Of a stretch of DNA of 64,000 bases, positions 54,818 through 64,000 are shown one piece after another (position 1 is the first letter of the stretch; each line of letters starts with the position of its first letter). A program made the position numbers and the translations under genes. Under the pieces are notes generated by a model, which saw only the letters and a program-made list of their open reading frames with translations, ran no database searches and was not told the DNA's origin. Origin of the DNA: Octopus sinensis. Lineage: Eukaryota. The stretch is from contig NC_043004.1 in NCBI RefSeq assembly GCF_006345805.1, forward strand, positions 61,256,001-61,320,000. The letters are read 5' to 3'.

Positions 54818-55810
54818 TATTATTAGTCCCCATCAATCTTGGTTGACGAAATCTATGATCAAAGCTGCACTATTTTTTACCATAAAATATTTTCAGGGTG
54901 TCTTGGTCTAACGTCTAACGTGTCATTTGCACCCCATTTCAGTTCAGATATCTTGACTTCGCTATGATGGACTAAAATATATTTGAAAGTAAAATGTTTC
55001 CATCGTTTACTCAAAAAATTTCTGACACTGGTCAGATTAATACCTAGATAGATTTCATAAAAACAGAAAAAAATAATTAAATAATATTTAATTAAGTCTG
55101 TATTTTTGATGATGTAATAAAAATTGGCAATATTTAGAATTCATGTTGGTAATTAGTAGAATGACATTACTCTCAGCAGTTTTCAAACTAAATCTGATTT
55201 ATTTTCCTTAAGATTGTATTGAAAAAAAGTAAATGAAATGTGGGAAAAAAAAGACACTCCAAGGAAGTTGTCTTTTCTTCAGTTACTAATAAGTGCTGTA
55301 GTCAATAAATTGAAACCATAGTTGCCGTCAGAAAGTTTTAATGATTCTTTTAAAAAAATCTACTATTGTGGAAATAATGAAATACAAAAAATTTCTTTGG
55401 TAGTGAAATTTAATTATTATTATAATGTTGCTTCTAAAGGCTGTAATAAGAATTAAAGCGAGTGTAATTATATATCACGATAAAGAAACACACATATTCA
55501 CAGCTGTGAAAGACAGAATGAACCATTTCAATTTATACAGAATACTTAAAAACATTTCTATATCGTTCTTTTTTGTTTATATCTTGACGTTTCCACAAAT
55601 AAGAGAAAGTCTAATGAAACTAGCATAAGAAAATGTTTAAATCATTGATTAAACTAATGTTGCATTACTAAAAGTCAGCCGTTATTGTTCTAAAATTAAT
55701 ATAAATCCAATCGATTAAAGTAATAAAACATAATTTTAATCCAGTTCAAAGTAGAAATAAATTGCATGAAAACTAAAATAATTATAATTTCTTTCTTCGT
55801 TTCAAAATAG

Positions 55811-55969
55811 CGGCACGTATTCTGCAAGCAATGAATATGTCAGTTGAACCTTGTACCAACTTTTATCAATATGCATGTGGAGACTGGATTGATACACATC
55901 CGGTAAAGCCATATAGTGCAAAAGACATTTTCAGGGAAGACATAAAAATTGAAAAACAACGAATTATTG
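55811..55969 (+). CDS. M13 peptidase exon: start of the Peptidase_M13_N domain
   Basis: Acceptor TTCAAAATAG (55809-55810), phase 1. AARILQAMNMSVEPCTNFYQYACGDWIDTHP matches the neprilysin-family DPCxDFYxYACGxW motif. Donor G|GTAAGT at 55970. Confidence 0.92.
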
Positions 55970-56962
55970 GTAAGTTGAGAGGTTTTCATTTTGTTTTACT
56001 ACCTAAATTAAAACTGTAAAATCTTGTATTTATATAGAGCTTTGGATAATTTATTGATATATTCCTTTTCTATATACTTTTTGATGCTTCAAATTCAGGA
56101 ATTGTTCGATGAACACAAGCTACGAATAATCAAGTTACATAAAAATAGAAAAACAAATGTATTTTGACTGTAAATCACAAAGAATTAAATTGACACAGCT
56201 GTTGGTGAAATAAAATCTTTGCCTCAAAGAAGGAGTTTGTTGAACTCTTCTAAGAAAGTTTCATATAAAAATACTTCCCTGACAAAACAGAAAATCAAAT
56301 ATCATGTTGAGTTTTATTGAAATCCGCTTTCTCTGAAATGAGACCGTTAATGATGTGCTGGAAGAAGTAGCTCTCCCAGCTGTCAACTCACAAGGAGACA
56401 ATAATCACGTTACTTTCAAACTTTATGTATTACTTATTATTTTTTTGTATATATTTAATAACTTTTGTTACCAAAAGAATGTGATAATGTCTTCAAGCTT
56501 ATTCCAGATGTTGTTACTTGCATTATGCAATGTGAAGGTATGTATGCCTTGCCTCTGTGTATGGTGATATTCAGTCACAGACAGTCTCAATGTAATGACT
56601 TCTGTTCAACTCCTGGAGCTTCACGACATTGTTTTACAAATTAATTTCAGATTTTTAAGTAACTATAATTAAATATTTTTAAGTTGTATTTCTTCTACCA
56701 AATAACCATCATCAGTTTCATTTATATTTCCAATCAATGCCAAATGCCGGTTTCTTACATGTCTATTTTTTTTTTATTAAACTGGCGTTAAGCTAAGCAG
56801 AGAAAAATCTCATTATCAGTATCGTTTCTTTCTACTTCTTTACACAGTCCGTCAATGCTTTCGAACATTAACGTTTCATCTCGTTCTATTAATCCGAAAT
56901 TAATAATTATAATAGAATGGATAATGCTCAGTTTGAGCTTTTAACTTAATGTGAGATTAGAG

Positions 56963-57181
56963 CAGTGCTTTTCAAACTTTTTGCTGGAGCGGAACCCCAA
57001 GGAAACATTCCACTGGCTCGAGGAACCCCTGTGCAATAATTTAATAGTCTTATGCACACATATCTGCACAGGAGAATTAAAAGTTGCTGCCGATTTTAGC
57101 AGTTTTGTAACTTCTTGCGGAACCCCTGGACTGTACTGGTGGAACCCTAAGGTTCCGCGGAACCCTGGTTGAAAACCACTG
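56963..57181. mobile_element. hAT (Charlie-like) MITE, 219 bp
   Basis: TIR CAGTGCTTTTCAAAC / GTTGAAAACCACTG; 8-bp TSD GATTAGAG/GATTAAAG; repeated subterminal GGAACCC motifs. Confidence 0.85.
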
Positions 57182-57940
57182 GATTAAAGACAGATCAGAC
57201 GGAAATGTTTCTCCTATTTTATAAGGAAAACACGAAGTTTAACTATAGTGTGTATTCAGTTTGTCTACAACGTGTCTAAGCGTGCATTAGCTAAATTTAT
57301 GTATTCATTAATTTATCTTATGCTTTTACTTGCACCATCACCCTGTACCGCTTGGGATTCATTCCCGTTGCAAGCGCATGCGATGTTGTTCAGCATAGCT
57401 AAAGCAATTTAGTTATGTTGCAACGAAAGTATATTATTAATAGCTATAAGCTACGCTTAGGTATTTGTACAGGAAAAATTTCAAAGATCTCTGATATGAC
57501 TTTAACAAAAAGCTGAACAAAGCGAAGCGGCTGCTACAAAGGGGAACAAGTCCATGGTTTAATGGTGGTGTATACTTTCTCAAATCAAGGTTAAAATTTG
57601 ATTTGTAAAACCATATACTCCTATATTTGCAGGTTTCATATGATCCTGTCGCTGTGAAGTGCTTTATATATATACAGGCATAATTTATAGCGTGTGAATA
57701 TGTGTGTAGTTAAGCGTCGTTAAATGGAGTTAACTTAGCAGTTCAGTACAAAGAAACCGTAACATTGAGAAGCATGTCACATATGTAATGGGGTCGATTT
57801 AGTTGACGGACCCATGAAGGTGGCGCCCCAGCGCCGCTGTCGTCCTGTGACTTCAACAAGTACAAGAATATAATATAATATAATGTAATATGATATGGTA
57901 TAATATAATATATTAAAAAGTAAAACTATAATACATTATT

Positions 57941-58164
57941 TACTCTTTACTCTTTTACTTGTTTCAGTCATTTGACTGCGGCCATGCTGGAGCACCGCCT
58001 TTAGTCGAGCAAGTCGACCCCGGGACTTATTCTTTGTAAGCCCAGTACTTATTCTATCGGTCTCTTTTGCCGAACCGCTAAGTGACGGGGACGTAAACAC
58101 ACCAGCATTGGTTGTCAAACAATGCTAGGGGGACAAACACATACACACAAACATACACACAAAT

Positions 58165-58203
<39 letters not shown>

Positions 58204-58369
58204 TACCACAGGCTTCTTTCAGTTTCCGTCTACCAAATCCACTCACAAGGCTTTGGTCGGCCCGAGGCTATAGTAGAAGTCACTTGCCCAAGGTGCAACG
58301 CAGTGGGACTGAACCCGGAACCATGTGGTTGGTTAGCAAGCTACTTACCACACAGCCACTCCTACGCCT
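57941..58369 (-). mobile_element. SINE family A, full length, young
   Basis: Nearly identical to 21876-22288. Confidence 0.9.
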
Positions 58370-58499
58370 ATAATATATTATATTATAATATATGTGTGGT
58401 AGTATGTGTGTGAATACTGAAGAAGTCCGTTCTTATTATTCATACTACTTGGTTTGTAGCCATGGTAACAGTGTAGCCATTATCATCGCTGTCATGAAC

Positions 58500-58800
58500 T
58501 ACAGATTTTAGTTGGCAACAGGAAAAGATTTGAAGGACTGGCTGATAGGTGGGAACAAAACCTCAGCATGCCTAACATGTGGCCTGTAGTAAACAAGCTG
58601 ACGTAGAGCAGAAGCACACGCGTCGGTTGCTACGAATCACAGGGCTTAAGATCAGAACTTATTGACCCGTAACTACCATAGAATGGAATAAACCCAAAGT
58701 ACCAATACTGCAAGCAGGAGATTGAATCTGTGAAGCACCTAATTTCTGGACTTATACTATAGAGTATAAATCAGGACTTGACAGAATAGGCCAATATCTA
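58500..58800 (+). mobile_element. R4/Dong-clade LINE fragment (region before and including the CCHC finger), degenerate
   Basis: Broken frames give SKQADVEQK, DQNLLTRNY and PKYQYCKQEIESVKHLISG, resembling the QDQ..TRNY / CxxC..ET..H..SGC pattern of R4/Dong elements. Confidence 0.55.
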
Positions 58801-59323
58801 CACTGGTAACGAATATCACAAAAGAGTAACCGGTTTAATCTCGAGAAAAATTTTTTTTCTAATATATGACGTTGGATTTAGTAATTGTCTCCTATTAATA
58901 TATATAACACAACAATTTATAGCATAATATTAATTACTCTTGATGATTTACATAATTTTACTTAATACGTTCTGGCAGATTCAAAAGTGAATCATAAGAG
59001 AACAACTCATTTACGATGGATGTGTGTTCATAAAACACTGAATTCGCTAATTACAAACTATTCCGGGACAACCGGCTTTTCGGCATCGTTGTGCATTGTC
59101 AGCCAGAAGCAATTTAAGGCTAACATCCTCAAAAACCTTCATAGATTAGTTTTTTCTGTAGCGAGACAATAATTAGGATATTCACATCTGCCCCAGCCAG
59201 AACGTAATAAGAATAAGTAAGCGAATCGTCATTTTGTTTCTCGCTGTTCACCGTAGAAATGACAATTTATTAGTTAATTAAAACTCCAATGTTTCTTCCT
59301 GTCAGAAAAAAAGTCGCTCTTAT

Positions 59324-59523
59324 TACTCTTTTACTTGTTTCTGTCACGTGACTGTGGCCATGCTGGAGCACCGCCTCTTAGTCGAGCAAATGGACCCCAG
59401 GACTTATTCTTTGTAAGCCTAGTACTTATTCTATCAGTCTCTTTAGCCGAACCGCTAAGTTACGGGGACCTAAACACACCAGCATCGGTTGTCAAGCGAT
59501 GTTGGGGGACAAACACAGACACA

Positions 59524-59599
<76 letters not shown>

Positions 59600-59754
59600 C
59601 GACGGGCTTCTTTCAGTTTCCCTCTACCAAATCCACTCACAAGGCTTTGGTCGGCCTGAGGCTATAGTAGAAGGCACTTGCCCAAGGTGCCACGCAGTGG
59701 GATTGAACCCGGAACCATGCGGTCCGTAAGGAAGCTACTTACCTCACAGCCACT
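59324..59754 (-). mobile_element. SINE family A
   Basis: Alignable to the other full-length copies. Confidence 0.88.
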
Positions 59755-62700
59755 TCTTAATAGTTAACATTTTAAAACAACTAAGAATGTGAGAAATATA
59801 GGATGTGCGTTAATTGATATTTGTGTTTGAATATGCGAGCGAGTCTGATACTTGTGAATGTATTGGGCGTGTGCGTGTGTGAAGTCTTCGCGTGTGCATA
59901 AATGCGTGAATGTATGTGGGTGCGTGTGTGTGAGAGAGAGAAAGAGAATGAGAAAGAGAGAAGAAGCATGACAATGTATGTATGTGCGAGTGTATGAGTG
60001 TGTGAAAATGAGGGCGAGAAAGAACGCGTGCGTGATTGCGCGAGAATGTGCACGTGTAACGAGAGTGCGTGTCTGTGTCTGTCTGTAAGAGAATGTGTGT
60101 ATGTAAGAGAATGTGCGTATGTAAGAGATTGAGTGCCTGTGTATATGCGTGAAAGCGTGTGTGTATATATGCCCTGAAGTATGATTCTGGAGACAAGGGG
60201 TTATTGTTTAACTTCAGATAGAGCCTGATGTTTAGGAACATGATCGAACTCATCTCCTCTTCTGAGGCATCCTTGTTTATTTAGTCGTATGTAAAATTTC
60301 ATCGAGTGTAATAAACCTATTTGCCGAAGCTTACCCTGACTTCAAATCGTTTTCTTAAACATGAATGAGGTCAGTGTGTCACAGAGCTAACTCACCGACT
60401 CCCATTGGTGCTCGTTTACAACTGAATGGAGAAAACCAAATTGACATGAAATGCCTTATTCAACGATTCAACATGCTGATGATCTAAGTATCTAACCCAC
60501 GGCCTAACAAAATTTAGCTAAACTCTCAAATCACGAGTTAACGGATAATTTCCTCAGGTAGAAGCATATTATCTTATGCTAGTCGTTAGGCTTCCTTTTT
60601 GTAACTTGCAAGTATGCTGGTTGATGTAACTTTCGGGTTCATTAATAGCCTAAAATAATTATAATCTCATGAATCAACAATACATTTAATAAATAGCCTT
60701 CAACATATTCTAATTAGGTGCAGCTGATCTCAGAATATTGATTCAAAGAATATTTTTACTCCATACAATTATTCGTTTTAGAAAATTTATCAGAAAGCCC
60801 TGAAGAAGATATGGACATACTTTTGGTCACAAGGATGAAAAATTGTGACTTACAACTTGGAACACAAACTTTCTATCTTTCTCTCTTGCTCTATCTTTCT
60901 TTCTTTCTTTCTTTATGTCTGTATCTCTCTCTCTCCCTCACACATGCACACACATAGACTCATACGCAGGAACACACGCTCATGCGCACACACATATATA
61001 ATCAAACACATTTAAATTCCTTTTCCCTTATTTAAGGTGGTAAAGAGTGGTTTCAAAGAAATATCGCTATTGCTCCTTGCAGGATGAGCAACACAAAGAC
61101 ACGTTCAATGTAGAACAATTTTATTGTTAAGCCCCAACGTAAACTAATCATACAGTCCAACGATCAGTCTAGCCGCCGACACTTCATCTTGTTTGTTGAC
61201 GTTGTATTCTGGACCTCATTTTCATGGTGTCCTTCCTTACCTTTAGATGGAAGAACTTAATCTTACGCTATTGCCTGTTGCTTTCGAGGGATCTAGCAAC
61301 CATAACTAGATTTCACAGCTTTTTGCTGTATGCCAAAATTATAGTTAAGAAGTGTTTATAACTTTACGTAATTGTTTTTATCAGCTTTCGGAGTGTAGTT
61401 TTAAAAAATGTAAATGTATTTCATTGTCTGTTTATATGAGTAGGAAAAAGAGCGTGCACTGAGAACTATTGTTCTGCTGACATCTGAAAATGCTGGTGAA
61501 AGTCATTAGTAATGACATTTTCCAACAGTTTGCATCCTTATCTTTTCTGAATGTTAATCGTAACGGATTTCTTAAAGCTGGGTCAACTAGAGTCATACAG
61601 TCCTTCATTCCACATCTGAGGCCTCACCTTCCAGAAATTCTGAGAACTTTACCTAGGCATCATTAGTAAAGCATCTGGCTGTGTTTGGTCGGCGAATCTC
61701 TAGCATTAATTCTAAAGTAATCGGTATTTAGAAAGTTTACTCCATCAACGAGACTATTGTCCAATTATAAAAACCAAAATGCTAATAAGCAGAATCAACT
61801 GCAGTTATTTTCCTTGACATTATTCCGAATAATATGCGTTGTTACTTAACTTGACTTATGTACCCAGTTGACATATTCCTAAATTATAGAAATATTCTAT
61901 AGTCTATGTAAACAACAGAGATACTTCATATAGACACGAACCGTCACACACTTCTTTCCGCTATATGAATATCGTATTTTGTCTGCTTTTGTTCCTCACC
62001 ATTCTTTTCAAGCTGCATGTCTATTGTGCATGTTTCGTCTTTTGTATTTGCTAGGAGTATTTAGATCCATTCTTCTCAATGGAACATATTGCAGTCTACC
62101 TTCTCCCCTCCCTCTCCGACATAGCCGCTCGATGTAATTGTATTTCTACAGCTATTGTCACTAGAGTTGAAATAATTGTAGTAAAACTTGTGTAGTAGTT
62201 ATTTTATTTCAAAGAAACATAGATCGACTCCTATTCTAAGATTCAATATATGCTCTGGTCGATTTTGCATTCTATCCTTTCGATGATTAAATAATTAACA
62301 ATCAAATTCCATTAGTAGGTATAATCGATCACACACACTTCCTCAAAAATGAATATCTTTATGTAAAAGAAAGTATAAAAGTATATTAGCTCTATTGGCC
62401 GAAGTTTACCCCGACTTCAAATCGTTTTCTTAAACCCGGCGTCAGTCTGTCACAGAGCTAACACACAAACTCCCTTTGGTGCTCGTTTATGTAAAAGAAA
62501 GTATAAGCCGTAGAATGTAGTAGCATTATCTGCACTATGTTTTGAAATAGTAGGTGTGGTTGCGATTTAAATGCCTGTGAGTATATTATCTCTTTCGATT
62601 AAGGGGTGCTCGGGGATTACATCAACTATAGTGCTCAACTGGTACTTATCTCATCAACCAAGCAACCCAGAACGGATGAAAAGCAACATTGACCTTAATA

Positions 62701-63196
62701 GAACGTGCATCTGTGTAATTGAAAGATTGAACGCTATGTTGAATATGAGGTGTCTGTTTACAACCAAAAGGAGAATTCAGTTAAATATCATAGCCAAAAG
62801 CCAAGCAAAACACTGTTGAATCTTTTAAGCACTCGACCATTTATCTCGTAGACCTGCTTCAGAGTAGCCTATCTTTCCTATTCGGAAGACTAGGCTATAA
62901 ATAATTCACCTCTTCGCGGTGAAGTTCATAAACACACTTCTGCCGTGGCTTGGCACAATGAGTTAACATTTACTAATCCTTTTACAGTTTTCGTTCTACG
63001 AACGCAGTCGATCATATTGACAATTTTGCTTGATTTTAAGCCTGACATTCAGTGAATGGATCCATTCCTATTTGTTAGAGCACAACTAACTGTATACAGA
63101 AACACAATCACAAACACAAAGCAATGTGCATGATAACACTTCCAATCAGTTAAGATCAGAAGCCAGGAGAGCCACTAACTCGTACTGCATCAGGGT

Positions 63197-63250
63197 ATTT
63201 ATCATTATTATTATTATTATTATTATTTTATTATTATTATTATTATATTA

Positions 63251-63287
<37 letters not shown>

Positions 63288-63301
63288 CATTATTATTATT
63301 A

Positions 63302-63365
<64 letters not shown>

Positions 63366-63400
63366 CATTATTATTATTATCATTATTATTATTATTATTA

Positions 63401-63442
<42 letters not shown>

Positions 63443-63619
63443 CATTTTATTATTATTATTATTATTATTATCATATTATTATTATATTATTATTATCATT
63501 ATTATTATTATTATTATATTATTATTATTATATTTATTATTATATTATTATTATTATTATTATTATTATTTATTATCATTATTATTATTATTATATTATT
63601 ATTATTATTATTATTATTA

Positions 63620-63657
<38 letters not shown>

Positions 63658-63766
63658 TTATTATTATTATTATTATTATTATATTATTATCATTATTATT
63701 TTATTATTATTATCATTATTATTATTATTATTATTATCATTATTATTATTATTATTATTATCATTA

Positions 63767-63808
<42 letters not shown>

Positions 63809-63829
63809 CATTATTATTATTATTATTTA

Positions 63830-63866
<37 letters not shown>

Positions 63867-63889
63867 CATTATTATTATTATTATTATTA

Positions 63890-63931
<42 letters not shown>

Positions 63932-64000
63932 TATTATTATTATCATTATTATTATTATCATTATTATTATTATCATTATTATATTATTATTTATTATCAT
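63197..64000. repeat. Long degenerate (ATT)n/(ATC)n microsatellite (>800 bp, runs off the window)
   Basis: Directly visible. Confidence 0.97.

Noticed and set aside
60782-62040. Possible next M13 exons (ENLSESPEEDMD at 60782; FFSSCMS near 62001)
   Set aside because: Neither has both convincing splice signals and the expected KAKxFYxSCM context.

Overview
Very AT-rich, microsatellite-saturated animal genomic DNA. The SINE/LINE repertoire looks like an octopod cephalopod (inference). One host gene is recognisable: three phase-compatible coding exons of a type II membrane neprilysin/ECE-like (M13) metallopeptidase on the + strand (21703-21833, 23855-24295, 55811-55969). It has a Ser/Thr-rich stalk and a ~31.5 kb intron; its first exon and catalytic exons were not found in the window. 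The rest is mostly transposon debris: CR1-like LINEs, an R4/Dong fragment, two Penelope-like elements (PLEs), three mariners, a Helitron helicase remnant, a hAT MITE and three SINE families. A 100-N scaffold gap is flanked by a probable haplotypic false duplication (1-2239 vs ~5270-7530). The most striking unexplained structure is a ~610 bp near-perfect palindrome (26838-27445; ~300 bp arms, 3-nt loop) in the gene's long intron. Each arm carries a complete type I hammerhead ribozyme, so both strands would encode a self-cleaving RNA. A second hammerhead with a U3-A8 covariant core lies at the 3' end of the neighbouring PLE, and a near-hammerhead is conserved in three copies of another repeat. 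Most six-frame ORFs supplied are microsatellite artefacts.
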